Shown here piece after piece: positions 1 to 8,899 of a stretch of 50,860 bases of DNA (its first letter is position 1; each line of letters starts with the position of its first letter). Source of the stretch: a virus (taxonomy: Duplodnaviria; Caudoviricetes); IMG/VR virus record IMGVR_UViG_3300047408_000275, positions 1 to 50,860 of that record. One strand, given 5' to 3'. The notes under the pieces were generated by a model. That model made no database searches, had not been told where the DNA came from, and worked only from the letters and a program-made list of their open reading frames with translations. The position numbers and the translations under genes are program-made.

Positions 1-127
1 GAAAGCCTCAGTTTAATAAGCTTTCAGAGATTGCAGAGATTGCAGAAGAATTTAAGCATGCAAAGCAGGAGTTGTTAAATACATCTGGAACGGCTATCGC
101 ATCTTCTGATATAGCAAAAGCAGAAAA
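1..127. repeat. Terminal direct overlap, copy 1 (identical to 50734-50860)
   Basis: gaaagcctcagtttaataag...gcaaaagcagaaaa is identical at both ends. 127 nt is a common assembler k-mer length. Confidence 0.97.
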
Positions 128-407
128 GCTTGTCAAGGGAACATTGGGCAGTATATTTAATGTCGGGGCTGGATATGCCATTGGAAACGCTGCGGGCGCT
201 GCTGTAGGCGTTGCAATGCCAAACCTCATATCTCGCCTTGTTGCCAATCCTAAGTTTGTCAATGAAGCACGGGCTTATGCAATTGCAAGACAGAATAATC
301 GCCAAGTTTATTCTGACACCATTTTAAAGCGCCTTATTAAGCTGACAGATGCAGAGCAAAGATTAATGATGGCGGAAGCTCATTCCGTTGAACACGAGAA
401 GGAATAA
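1..407 (+). CDS. 3' end of the junction-spanning internal virion/ejection protein that starts at 48993
   Basis: ORF 72..407 is in frame with the ORF opening at 48993 once the 127-nt overlap is collapsed (about 715 aa in total). Confidence 0.85.
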   Translation, partial: KPQFNKLSEIAEIAEEFKHAKQELLNTSGTAIASSDIAKAEKLVKGTLGSIFNVGAGYAIGNAAGAAVGVAMPNLISRLVANPKFVNEARAYAIARQNNRQVYSDTILKRLIKLTDAEQRLMMAEAHSVEHEKE

Positions 408-410
408 ACT

Positions 411-3047
411 ATGTTTACCGCAACCTATACCGACGTATTTTCTGGAAACTTGGTTACACCAGCATTTCCACAATATAGCGCTATCGCGCTTACATCAAAT
501 TTAACGCTTTCATGGCCAGCGCAATTTCAAAATACGAATGATGTCGTATCACTGATTATGGTTGTATCTCCCGATGTTGGCGGACGCACCCTCACATTGC
601 CGGATGCTAGAGAAGTTGGTACAGGGGATGAGTTTACGATAAATAACCCAACTGCTTTTAATTTTGATTTGCTAGACAATACTGGCGGCATTATCGTAAC
701 CATTGCGGGTCCAAGCGTGTCTGATTTTTGGTTAGATAGTAACGCAACACAGGCAGGAACCTGGACACGTGTTCCAAGGGGTGGCGGTGTTGCATCAGTA
801 ACGTCTGTGGGTGCGGTATCGACATCTCCAGACCTCGTTATCACTGGCTCTCCCATAACGACAGCAGGTACTTTTACTTTTTCATTTGCAGGAGACTTAT
901 TAGCCTTAGCATCATTAGGCGCCTCTACTGGGATTGCTGTTAGAACGGCTCCGGGCCTATGGGATTTAGTTTCTATACAAGGAACGGCGAATCAGATTGT
1001 CATTGTTAACGGTAGTGGCGTCCTCGGAGCCCCCACTGTATCACTGTCACCAGCTATTAGCGGAATCAATTCAATTGCTTTACCTAATCTATCATTTGGT
1101 GTTGCCGGCCCAAATATTATCTCATCAACAAATCTAAACGGGCCAATCACACTAACGCCTAATGGAACTGGTGTTATACAGCTAAGCAAAGAAACTGATG
1201 TTATGGCTGGCAATACTTTGAAATTTTTCAATCCTACAAACACATTTTATATTTCATTTCGTTATGGTGCAGCCACAGTAAATCAGGATTTATTGTGGCC
1301 TACGACTGCTGCTCTGACTGGTCAAGTTCTGTCTTACAATGGTGCTGGTGTTTTATCTTGGGCTTCTGTTACAACGTTTGGCGGCCCCAGCACGTTAAAT
1401 GCGTTAGCTAGGTATTCTAATACTACAGGAAGCTTAAAAGATTCTATCCTTATATTAGATGATGTAGGACATGCCACGGGATTAATGTCTTGCACGGTGG
1501 GAGATATTTTATTAGGCGTTCCAAATTCTCAAACAATTTCAACTTTTGCAGCAAATGAAGACTTAATTGTATCCCCAAATGGTGTGGGTGCATTTCAGGT
1601 GCAAGGCGATGTTTTGGTTAAGCCAAGCTCAGGAAGCCAGAGAAGCTTAAGACTTTACAACACGGCGGGAACATTTTATGCATCTCTAAAATCAAATGCA
1701 GGGATAGGTGCGAATGTATCTTGGTTTTTACCTGCCACCGATTCAGCAGGAACATTTGTAAGCGATGGCGCGGGAAATATGTCGATCCAGCCAGCGACCG
1801 TATATTTCCCCGCCGTTAGTACCACCAATGCGGTTTCGAGGTATTCTAACACGACCGGATTTCCATTGAAGGATTCCTTATTTATTATTAGTGATGCAGG
1901 TGCTGGAACTGGCCTGATTTCATGCGTGATAGGAAGCATAAGCTTAGGCGTTGCTGCAAATAATACGATCACAACGACTGGTGTAAATCAAGATTTAAAC
2001 ATATCTCCCAATGGAACTGGATCGACAGTTGTTTCAGGAAACTTAAAAGTAGCACCTACGGCTGGAGCTGCTAAGTCTATACAGCTAATGAACAATGCTG
2101 GAACTTTCTTTTCTGGTCTAAAAGCGCCGGCTGCTATTGGTGTATCCACAACATGGACATTACCAGCAGCAGATGGGGCAGGATATATGGTAAGCGATGG
2201 TGCCGGCAACCTCTCTTTTCTAGCCTTAGCAACCGTTGCTACAAACATTCCGCAATTTACAAATACAACTGGAACCATAGGTGCTTCACCGATAAGCATT
2301 AGCGCGGGCGGTACTCTAACAGGCGTAACATCTTTAACTATTGGAAATATTAACCTAGGCACAGTCGCAAATACGATAGCCTCAACAAACGCAAATGGTA
2401 ACATTAACTTTGTTCCAAACGGAACTGGACTTGTTACTTCTACAGCGGATGTATCTCTATTACTTGCTGCTACGCAATTAAAGCTTAGACTATATAATAG
2501 TGCTGGCACTTTCTTTACGGCACTCCAAGCAGGCGCTGCTGCTGCCAACACAACCTTTACGTTACCGCTAGCTGCTCCTGCTACGCCTGGAATACTTAAA
2601 TGTGATAACGCAGGCGTAATGACGATAGATGCTTTAGCTGCTGCTGCCGGCCCATTAAGGGCCAGCGCGGGAGGGGTTGTAAGCGTAAATAGCTTTGCAA
2701 CTACTGCAAACCATATCGCAAAATATAGCGATACTGTTGCAACGTTTGCAGACTCCGGATGCTTTATAGATGCCAACAACAATATTTCTGTAGGATTGGC
2801 TACCATTGGCACTGGCGCGACACAGACGATTACCTTGGGGCAAGGAACAGCCGCAGGAGGAGCAGGCGGCACCATTCTTTCTATAGGCAATAGAACTACT
2901 GGTACTGGAAATGTGCTTGCATTATTTGGTGCTGGCGATGGAGGTGTTTCTGGTTCAAGCACTTTAACCGCGGCTATTAATACAAAATTATCTGTGTTCG
3001 TAAACGGCACAAGATATTACATAATAGCCAGTACAGCCGCTGGATAG
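411..3047 (+). CDS. Tail fibre / long virion structural protein
   Basis: 878 aa, rich in Gly/Thr/Ala/Ser. Four recurring modules contain (I/L)xxxPNG(T/V)G and FY/FF...W/FxLP motifs. RBS aagga upstream. Confidence 0.75.
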   Translation: MFTATYTDVFSGNLVTPAFPQYSAIALTSNLTLSWPAQFQNTNDVVSLIMVVSPDVGGRTLTLPDAREVGTGDEFTINNPTAFNFDLLDNTGGIIVTIAGPSVSDFWLDSNATQAGTWTRVPRGGGVASVTSVGAVSTSPDLVITGSPITTAGTFTFSFAGDLLALASLGASTGIAVRTAPGLWDLVSIQGTANQIVIVNGSGVLGAPTVSLSPAISGINSIALPNLSFGVAGPNIISSTNLNGPITLTPNGTGVIQLSKETDVMAGNTLKFFNPTNTFYISFRYGAATVNQDLLWPTTAALTGQVLSYNGAGVLSWASVTTFGGPSTLNALARYSNTTGSLKDSILILDDVGHATGLMSCTVGDILLGVPNSQTISTFAANEDLIVSPNGVGAFQVQGDVLVKPSSGSQRSLRLYNTAGTFYASLKSNAGIGANVSWFLPATDSAGTFVSDGAGNMSIQPATVYFPAVSTTNAVSRYSNTTGFPLKDSLFIISDAGAGTGLISCVIGSISLGVAANNTITTTGVNQDLNISPNGTGSTVVSGNLKVAPTAGAAKSIQLMNNAGTFFSGLKAPAAIGVSTTWTLPAADGAGYMVSDGAGNLSFLALATVATNIPQFTNTTGTIGASPISISAGGTLTGVTSLTIGNINLGTVANTIASTNANGNINFVPNGTGLVTSTADVSLLLAATQLKLRLYNSAGTFFTALQAGAAAANTTFTLPLAAPATPGILKCDNAGVMTIDALAAAAGPLRASAGGVVSVNSFATTANHIAKYSDTVATFADSGCFIDANNNISVGLATIGTGATQTITLGQGTAAGGAGGTILSIGNRTTGTGNVLALFGAGDGGVSGSSTLTAAINTKLSVFVNGTRYYIIASTAAG

Positions 3048-3055
3048 ATCAGTTA

Positions 3056-3451
3056 CTATGCAAGTTCTATAGCTCGCACGGCTTCATGTGGCGTTTTTAC
3101 CCATGTAACGGGAACGCCCATGTTGACGAGATTGCCAGTCAATGCTTTCCCAGACCATTGCAGCACAAATACGTGAAAGAAGGTTCTTTCTTTGGGCGGC
3201 TCTTGATATGGCTGCATTCCGTTTGGATTTTTGATACCTTGAACAGTGACGGTGTGCTTTTTAAGCATTAGAATTGTCCCTTCTGACTGCTCTAATATAA
3301 GTAGACCGTCGTCATAACAACATTGATCTATAACTATATCTATGATTGATTCTGTTATCTGCCTATCAATCGTAGATTTTAGTTTCCGGGGCTTCTTGTT
3401 TGTCTTTGCCTTACTTTTTGGCTTGGTTTTCTCTACTACTTTCTTAACCAT
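3056..3451 (-). CDS. Hypothetical protein, Lys-rich N-terminus
   Basis: 131 aa ORF with AGGAG RBS. Confidence 0.7.
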   Translation of the reverse strand: MVKKVVEKTKPKSKAKTNKKPRKLKSTIDRQITESIIDIVIDQCCYDDGLLILEQSEGTILMLKKHTVTVQGIKNPNGMQPYQEPPKERTFFHVFVLQWSGKALTGNLVNMGVPVTWVKTPHEAVRAIELA

Positions 3452-3460
3452 AAAAGCTCC

Positions 3461-3709
3461 TTAGATTTCTGGAACAATATTTCCACCTTTCTTCTTATAA
3501 GAAATATCAGAGAGACTCATTTCATTTGCAAGCGGTTGCCTATCGCCAACTAGCTCCATCTCAAATCCCATCTTGGCTATTAGACGCAAGTCTTTAATTC
3601 TAAGCGTATTTCTATTCTCCAATAGCTGAAACAGCGCTTCACTAACTGGGCAAGCCGACATAATGACATTTTCACCATTTATCCATCTTGATTTCAGTAT
3701 AATTTTCAT
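3461..3709 (-). CDS. Hypothetical phage protein, apparent paralog of 12797-13081
   Basis: 82 aa. CPVSEALFQLLENRNTLRIKDLRLIAKMGFEMELV aligns by eye with the 12797 product. Confidence 0.7.
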   Translation of the reverse strand: MKIILKSRWINGENVIMSACPVSEALFQLLENRNTLRIKDLRLIAKMGFEMELVGDRQPLANEMSLSDISYKKKGGNIVPEI

Positions 3710-3751
3710 TGGTTTCTCGATAGGCGGTATATTCTACCGCCTATCTATCGC

Positions 3752-4042
3752 TTATTTTAACTTTACAACAAAAGTAACGACAATTTCCTTCTTGCTAACC
3801 ACAACCCCATTTATGGACTTCGTTTGTTTTAGCAATTTACCTTCTGAATCCAGCGTAAAAGAGCCGGCAATCTTATAGGCCTTTGGCTTAATTTTCTTAG
3901 GCTTATCCACCTTTTTAACGACAACCTTAACTTTCTTAACCACAGTCTTTTTTGCAGACACTTTCTTGGGCTTAGCTTTGACTTTAGCCTTAGGTTTATA
4001 CGATGCAAATGGTTCGTCTTCATCGCCATTACAATAGAACAT
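3752..4042 (-). CDS. Lys/Val/Pro-rich basic, histone-H1-like protein
   Basis: KPKAKVKAKPKKVSAKKTVVKKVKVVVKK tract. AGGAG RBS precedes the ATG at 4042. Confidence 0.6.
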   Translation of the reverse strand: MFYCNGDEDEPFASYKPKAKVKAKPKKVSAKKTVVKKVKVVVKKVDKPKKIKPKAYKIAGSFTLDSEGKLLKQTKSINGVVVSKKEIVVTFVVKLK

Positions 4043-4068
4043 TAATAATAACTCCTTTAAATTAATAA

Positions 4069-4097
4069 TTGACAAGAGGCCGATAGTATCATATAAG
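4069..4097 (+). promoter_or_regulatory. Putative sigma70 promoter
   Basis: TTGACA-17 nt-TATAAG upstream of the 4129 gene. Confidence 0.5.
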
Positions 4098-4128
4098 TTC
4101 GATTCTTGCTAATTTAAAGGAGAGCAAA

Positions 4129-4452
4129 ATGTCACAGGTTACAGATATAATTCAAAACGAATATATTGGAAAATATGCACTTGTTAGAGCATATGCTTCG
4201 GGCGTTCATTTTGGAAAAATAAAGGCATACGATCCAGAAATCCGACATGCAGTATTAGAAGATACTCGCATAATTCATAGTTGGTCAGGAAAAAGATTAT
4301 CGCTTCATGAAATATCTCTGGAATCTATTGTCAATGGTCGGCTGACAGTATCGATTCCTCAGAATATGGTAACGGACGTAATAGACATTCTATTTGTTTC
4401 AGCAGAAGCTGAAGCACATCTGAAAGAATTCCCAGCGTATAAATGTGAGTAA
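4129..4452 (+). CDS. DUF6948-like phage protein
   Basis: LVRAYASGVHFG...RIIHSWSG..SLHEIS pattern. This family is typically followed by a Gly-rich repeat gene. Confidence 0.7.
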   Translation: MSQVTDIIQNEYIGKYALVRAYASGVHFGKIKAYDPEIRHAVLEDTRIIHSWSGKRLSLHEISLESIVNGRLTVSIPQNMVTDVIDILFVSAEAEAHLKEFPAYKCE

Positions 4453-4768
4453 GCTTAACTTTATCTTTAACGTAATCAACTGTAACTTGCTAGAGCGTTC
4501 TGGTCTTGGCAATGGCAATGGCTATGGCTATGGCTATGGCTATGGCTATGGCTATGGCTATGGCTATGGCTCTGGCTCTGGCTATGGCTCTGGCGATGGC
4601 TCTGGCGATGGCTCTGGCTATGGCTCTGGCTATGGCTCTGGCGATGGCTCTGGCGATGGCTCTGGCGATGGCTCTGGCTATGGCTCTGGCGATGGCTCTG
4701 GCTATGGCTCTGGCTATGGCTATGGCTCTGGCTATGGCTCTGGCTATGGCTCTGGCGATGGCTATTAA
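4445..4768 (+). CDS. Gly/Tyr/Ser/Asp low-complexity protein
   Basis: GYGSGDGSG repeats. Overlaps the stop of the upstream gene. Confidence 0.7.
   Translation: MSKLNFIFNVINCNLLERSGLGNGNGYGYGYGYGYGYGYGYGSGSGYGSGDGSGDGSGYGSGYGSGDGSGDGSGDGSGYGSGDGSGYGSGYGYGSGYGSGYGSGDGY
4508..4765 (+). repeat. Hexamer tandem repeat GGC(TAT/TCT/GAT/AAT)
   Basis: Directly visible run of about 43 six-base units. Confidence 0.95.
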
Positions 4769-4780
4769 ATTTTCATATGC

Positions 4781-4897
4781 CTATTTGGACATATCTATTC
4801 CGAACATATATTTTAATATTAAATAGAGCACTGATGCGCCTACCATAAACCAACATAGAACAACAAATGTGTCAAACATTTCACTAGCAATCATCAC
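4781..4897 (-). CDS. Small single-TM membrane protein (not in ORF track)
   Basis: MMIASEMFDTFVVLCWFMVGASVLYLILKYMFGIDMSK with AGGAG RBS. Confidence 0.55.
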   Translation of the reverse strand: MMIASEMFDTFVVLCWFMVGASVLYLILKYMFGIDMSK

Positions 4898-4944
4898 ATA
4901 ACTCCTGTCGCATGTTTTAGAACATGCCAATCCCTTTTCAACTA

Positions 4945-5100
4945 TTATTTATGTTTTTGTATACGATCCACAATGTAAGACGAAAGAAAATAACACGAAG
5001 ATCCAATCAATACGGTCTCTAGATTCGTCAGTTCCCACCCTATTATTTTTGCTAAAGTAGTACAAATTAAACCGATAAGAACAGATATTAACACTATCAT
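4945..5100 (-). CDS. Small two-TM membrane protein (not in ORF track)
   Basis: MIVLISVLIGLICTTLAKIIGWELTNLETVLIGSSCYFLSSYIVDRIQKHK, directly after the 5103 stop. Confidence 0.55.
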   Translation of the reverse strand: MIVLISVLIGLICTTLAKIIGWELTNLETVLIGSSCYFLSSYIVDRIQKHK

Positions 5101-5102
5101 TA

Positions 5103-5357
5103 TTAACACTTCTCCTTTATTTTTTCGATATCATAGTCTCTCTGCAAATTAAGCCAAAATATTACCTCTGTATCAGGCAGAAGAATCGTTAGCTTTTCTG
5201 CAATATTCGGCGTTATTCGACCACTGCTCTTAATAAAAGAATAAATACTAGGATAAACATCTGAACGCCTATATAGCTTTACTCCCGATTTTCGTTCCCA
5301 TTCCTTTATATACGTCTTTACAATATTGTATGGCGCTCTAGGGTCTTTTAAAGACAT
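5103..5357 (-). CDS. HigA-like antitoxin / XRE HTH protein
   Basis: GRITPNIAEKL...FWLNLQRDYD matches the HigA family C-terminal signature ITxxxAxxL...FWLNLQxxYDL. Confidence 0.7.
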   Translation of the reverse strand: MSLKDPRAPYNIVKTYIKEWERKSGVKLYRRSDVYPSIYSFIKSSGRITPNIAEKLTILLPDTEVIFWLNLQRDYDIEKIKEKC

Positions 5358-5358
5358 C

Positions 5359-5544
5359 TCAAGATTTCCTGAAAAAATCGTAAATATTTTTCATTGGAAC
5401 TGCGGATATACAGACCAAAAAAGCATCCTTCACGGATGGCTGAAAACCTAAAAATACGCATAACACAGCATATGACGGAAGTAGTACGCATAAAAATGGC
5501 GTAATTTCCTCTATACAATCTAAAAATTCGGTCATTATACTCAT
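5359..5544 (-). CDS. Small membrane protein
   Basis: Hydrophobic 61 aa ORF with tight operon spacing. Confidence 0.6.
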   Translation of the reverse strand: MSIMTEFLDCIEEITPFLCVLLPSYAVLCVFLGFQPSVKDAFLVCISAVPMKNIYDFFRKS

Positions 5545-5545
5545 A

Positions 5546-5791
5546 TTAAATCCTCCATGGGATTATCATTATAATCCCTTTGAGACAGGCTGTTAATAAC
5601 AGAAACAAGAACAAGTTCTCTAAAACACTTCTTGACATCATTCTTTTTCGGCTCTTTTCTATTGCATATTTTATCTTTTCTGGCAACTGTAGAACCGTAT
5701 ATTCAACAATGATATTCCGTATGCATATCGTTGCAATGATGAATATCTGTATTGCAATAAAAGCGCTGATAAAAAACGATACTTTTTCCAT
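5546..5791 (-). CDS. Two-TM membrane protein
   Basis: Two hydrophobic segments flanking a basic loop. Confidence 0.6.
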   Translation of the reverse strand: MEKVSFFISAFIAIQIFIIATICIRNIIVEYTVLQLPEKIKYAIEKSRKRMMSRSVLENLFLFLLLTACLKGIIMIIPWRI

Positions 5792-5793
5792 AA

Positions 5794-6126
5794 TTAACTA
5801 TCCTTCTCAAAGCTTAAAAGTTTAAACTCGGGTTTTGAAACGGGTCGCAATCTTTCTGCCTCTAAGATATCCTTTAAAACCAATAAAAATACATCGTGCT
5901 TTTCCTTAACAAGATGAACACCCCTCATATTATATATCGCCGCTGTATAACCACCTCGCTCATTCAAGTCAAATTGCATAATGATTGGCAGGTATTCGCC
6001 TTTCCTTGCCCTCTCTTGAAGGCTTTCGTCGGCAGATTTCTTTTCATTAACAATCATGGAAACTTTAACAATGTAGCCAGTTGCAAAGAAAAACAACGAA
6101 TTAATGATCATGATATACCAGGTCAT
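5794..6126 (-). CDS. N-terminally anchored membrane protein
   Basis: N-terminal hydrophobic helix. Overlaps the upstream stop by 4 nt. Confidence 0.65.
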   Translation of the reverse strand: MTWYIMIINSLFFFATGYIVKVSMIVNEKKSADESLQERARKGEYLPIIMQFDLNERGGYTAAIYNMRGVHLVKEKHDVFLLVLKDILEAERLRPVSKPEFKLLSFEKDS

Positions 6127-6416
6127 TTATGCCCTTCCTTATCAGTACCGACCGGATCCCATTCCGGTATTTCCGAAAGATTGCCATCCAACACCCCAAT
6201 CTTATACGTCTTTCCATCCTTTAGCTCACTGATTACCTCATATTCTTTATCTCTACAGATGGTGAACCGCTTAAAGTTAGGGTCTCTGATGTAATATTGA
6301 ATATGAGGGTGTCTCTTGAACTCATTCAAACTACAGAAATCGAACTTGATTCTCCAGACTCCTCTGACCGCTAGAGCAAACTCATACCGCGGATCAAAAT
6401 ACTGAATAAACTTCAT
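6123..6416 (-). CDS. Hypothetical protein
   Basis: 97 aa, coupled to csrA by an ATGA overlap. Confidence 0.7.
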   Translation of the reverse strand: MKFIQYFDPRYEFALAVRGVWRIKFDFCSLNEFKRHPHIQYYIRDPNFKRFTICRDKEYEVISELKDGKTYKIGVLDGNLSEIPEWDPVGTDKEGHK

Positions 6417-6616
6417 TCTTGAGACTCCTCCTCGACTTCTTGCTGCCTAGCGTCTAATATGCGCGCGGCTATTTCTTCACGATGAACGGGTATATTTTTC
6501 GGCGCATCAATGCCTATCTTAACTTGGCATCCATGAACCCCTATGACCGTGATGCAAATTTCCATGTTTTCGCCGATTAGAATATTTTCACCAGGCTTCC
6601 TCGTTAATATTAACAT
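6413..6616 (-). CDS. csrA: Carbon storage regulator CsrA/RsmA
   Basis: [13 protein letters not shown]...[18 protein letters not shown] is the canonical CsrA sequence, including the VHREE motif. Confidence 0.96.
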   Translation of the reverse strand: MLILTRKPGENILIGENMEICITVIGVHGCQVKIGIDAPKNIPVHREEIAARILDARQQEVEEESQE

Positions 6617-6617
6617 T

Positions 6618-7277
6618 TTATGCTCCTTGCTTAGCAGTCATCTCAGACCTAACTTTATTGACAATAGACCTTGCTTGTGTTTCGTTTAGTTTACATAGGT
6701 CGTCTACTTTGTAGTGCGTTTTCCAGGCATCCACCTTTTCCTTTGGAATTTGATGGATTGCTATCAAATCATTTATTTGTTTCATAAGCAAGTCAATGAC
6801 ATCTATTTCCCTGGGTTGATTTGGATTAAATTTGGCTTTCTGGCTACCATTATTATTTCGTTGTTGAGGAATATCGGCGTCGTCATCTTCTTGTGCCATT
6901 CCTAGAATAGACAATAATCCATAACGTCTTGCATAACTAATATTAAGCCCAACGAATTGGGCTCTATTAAGTGTTTCTTTGCCTTGACTATTTAGCATTA
7001 TATTTCCAGTTGCAAGACGCATTTTTTCAGAGAAAAATTGTCCAGATTTATGCAGAATTATGTTATAAATTTCAACATATTCTCCAGAGCAATCCCCGAT
7101 AAGTTGAGTCACGCCTAAGCCATGCTTAGCCAAAAGTTTTCTAGTGACCTGAAGAACCTGCTCTATTTTTGCATATTTTCCTTTTAACGATTGTGAATCA
7201 CGCTTTACATCTTCAACTTCTCCTTGAAATAGGCTAAAAGCTGCGAATACTTCGTTTGTTTCATTTGACATCTTCAT
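6618..7277 (-). CDS. ERF-family ssDNA annealing protein
   Basis: KYA...[10 protein letters not shown]...HKSGQ...[13 protein letters not shown]...EDDDA signature. Confidence 0.92.
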   Translation of the reverse strand: MKMSNETNEVFAAFSLFQGEVEDVKRDSQSLKGKYAKIEQVLQVTRKLLAKHGLGVTQLIGDCSGEYVEIYNIILHKSGQFFSEKMRLATGNIMLNSQGKETLNRAQFVGLNISYARRYGLLSILGMAQEDDDADIPQQRNNNGSQKAKFNPNQPREIDVIDLLMKQINDLIAIHQIPKEKVDAWKTHYKVDDLCKLNETQARSIVNKVRSEMTAKQGA

Positions 7278-7437
7278 TTTCGTCTCCCCTGTTTAAAAAC
7301 TCTTGACAATTATTACCTACAAACTCTCCACCATCACATACGAGCTGAACATTATATGAATGCGGCTCTATTTCTGGCTCCCCTAATATAAAAGGAAGAT
7401 TAATAGTGGAGATGTTTTCCCAAATCTTATCTGACAC

Positions 7438-7704
7438 TTACTTTCCTCCATAAACCCTTGTATATGCTCTGGAGAAAGCTCTCAAGAAAACTTTGCTCAT
7501 ATCATCCACCTGATAATAGGTCAAATCACCTATCCTATAACACATTTCCTTTCTATCGATTTCTTCTTGCTTCATTAAAAGCATAATCTTAAGAACAAGC
7601 GTATCTGCAAGGAAATCTCGTGTAATATCTGGGAGAGGTTTCGACTCCTGCCAGTTATCGTTGACCCACTCTGAATTTCTACTTTCATCGTTATTTAGCT
7701 TCAT
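7438..7704 (-). CDS. Hypothetical protein, first gene of the leftward early operon
   Basis: 88 aa with AGGAG RBS. Confidence 0.7.
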   Translation of the reverse strand: MKLNNDESRNSEWVNDNWQESKPLPDITRDFLADTLVLKIMLLMKQEEIDRKEMCYRIGDLTYYQVDDMSKVFLRAFSRAYTRVYGGK

Positions 7705-7718
7705 TTTAACTCCTTTTC

Positions 7719-7768
7719 TGTTGACACCTGGCCCTTATAATAGTACGATGTAAACTATCTTGTCAACA
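7719..7768. promoter_or_regulatory. Overlapping divergent sigma70 promoters
   Basis: Plus strand: TTGACA(7721)-17-TACGAT. Minus strand: TTGACA(7766-7761)-18-TATTAT. Together they form the inverted repeat TGTTGACA...TGTCAACA. Confidence 0.75.
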
Positions 7769-7799
7769 CTTTAAAACAAATATTTTAAGAGGGTAGTGA

Positions 7800-7982
7800 A
7801 TGAAAAAAGTAGTAGGAGCCTTATGTGTCCGATTTATTGATGAGGATTTGGAGGCTATAAATAAGGCATCAAGTAAGGTTGGTCTATGGTCTAGTTCATG
7901 GGTTAGAAAAGTTGTTCTACAGTATTTAGAGGGGATGGGAGAGCGAACATCTGATGTTAAGATTGAGGACCGCGTTCGATGA
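7800..7982 (+). CDS. Ribbon-helix-helix (Arc/CopG-like) regulator
   Basis: LCVRF.DEDLEAI..AS...GLWSSSWVRKVV has a strand-helix-helix pattern. It is the first gene after the divergent promoter. Confidence 0.6.
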   Translation: MKKVVGALCVRFIDEDLEAINKASSKVGLWSSSWVRKVVLQYLEGMGERTSDVKIEDRVR

Positions 7983-8149
7983 TTGCAGATCCGAGGGCGA
8001 TTAGAAAAGACAAGGCGTTAGATAGAATGCGCAGAGAACTTCAAGAAATAAATCGGATTAAAAGAAGCCCTGAAGGAAAGAGGGCTTTTATGAGTAGGTG
8101 GCTGGAAGAAAATTTTGGAAAAAAGACAGGAGCAATTAAAGATGAGTGA
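7979..8149 (+). CDS. Hypothetical protein (not in ORF track)
   Basis: 56 aa (MIADPRAIRKDK...) with an ATGA overlap. Confidence 0.5.
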   Translation: MIADPRAIRKDKALDRMRRELQEINRIKRSPEGKRAFMSRWLEENFGKKTGAIKDE

Positions 8150-8318
8150 ATTTAGAAGAGCTGAAGCAGAGATATTTAATATGAAACGATTAATAGATTA
8201 TTCAGATTCTATAGGTCATTTTAAACGAAGAGAACAAAAAAAAGCTTTTGATAAGATGCTAAAGAATGAGGGATATCCAGGATTAAAAGAGTTTAGAGAT
8301 ATGAACATTAATGAGTGA
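8142..8318 (+). CDS. Hypothetical protein
   Basis: AGGAG RBS before the ATG at 8142. Confidence 0.55.
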   Translation: MSEFRRAEAEIFNMKRLIDYSDSIGHFKRREQKKAFDKMLKNEGYPGLKEFRDMNINE

Positions 8319-8532
8319 CGATAAAAAAGAAGTTTATTGGTTTTATCCACACAGCACCAATGAATGCATTGGTTATTTTATATGGAAGATTCCCAAACCA
8401 AAAAAATACAAGAATTATAAGACGAGAAGGAAGGAAGAGAGAGCCGAACAGCGATTTAAATTTGTTCCCAAAGTTGAAGGCTATTCATTTGGAGTAAGGT
8501 TTGCGGATACCTACAGAGGGCCAATTAAATAA
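8311..8532 (+). CDS. Hypothetical basic protein
   Basis: 73 aa, overlapping the upstream stop. Confidence 0.5.
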   Translation: MSDDKKEVYWFYPHSTNECIGYFIWKIPKPKKYKNYKTRRKEERAEQRFKFVPKVEGYSFGVRFADTYRGPIK

Positions 8533-8899
8533 CATCTATCTCCCTCAGATAAGATGATGTAGCATCCATAGCTTCTTCAAGGCTTCGGCATACGGCGCAT
8601 CTATATCCCTGAGCAGACAATACAGACATAACTTGCTTTTGTTCTTTTCGAACAATTCCCTTATCGCTTTTGAATTCGATAAACATTCCATGCTTATCAC
8701 CTTTTGCCACAAAAATACCGATGTCGGGGAAACCTTTCTTTAACCCCTCACGCTTTAACCTTTTACCGTATCTGACATCGCGCTTACCACCATTGGCAAA
8801 TGAGGCAGTCACATCAGCTATAGCGGGGTATTGGAGATTAAGCCACGTAATGTATGTACTTTGGATTGCAGATTCTGATGGAGATAACCTCAGATCCAT
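8525..8899 (-). CDS. VRR-NUC domain nuclease (resolvase-like)
   Basis: SE..IQ...ANGG.R...G...GFPD...FIEFK...G....EQ PD-(D/E)xK pattern. Confidence 0.9.
   Translation of the reverse strand: MDLRLSPSESAIQSTYITWLNLQYPAIADVTASFANGGKRDVRYGKRLKREGLKKGFPDIGIFVAKGDKHGMFIEFKSDKGIVRKEQKQVMSVLSAQGYRCAVCRSLEEAMDATSSYLREIDVI

Noticed and set aside
1-127. Biological direct terminal repeat
   Set aside because: The length equals a common assembly k-mer and the repeat falls mid-gene, so circular assembly overlap is the better explanation.
1988-3010. 340-aa antisense ORF
   Set aside because: Shadow of the fibre gene caused by codon bias, with no independent features.
4508-4765. CRISPR array
   Set aside because: No unique spacers and no cas genes. 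This and the other repeats are coding tandem repeats.
4506-4826. MAMAMA... ORF
   Set aside because: Alternate frame of the hexamer repeat. The Gly-rich frame fits the known gene pair.
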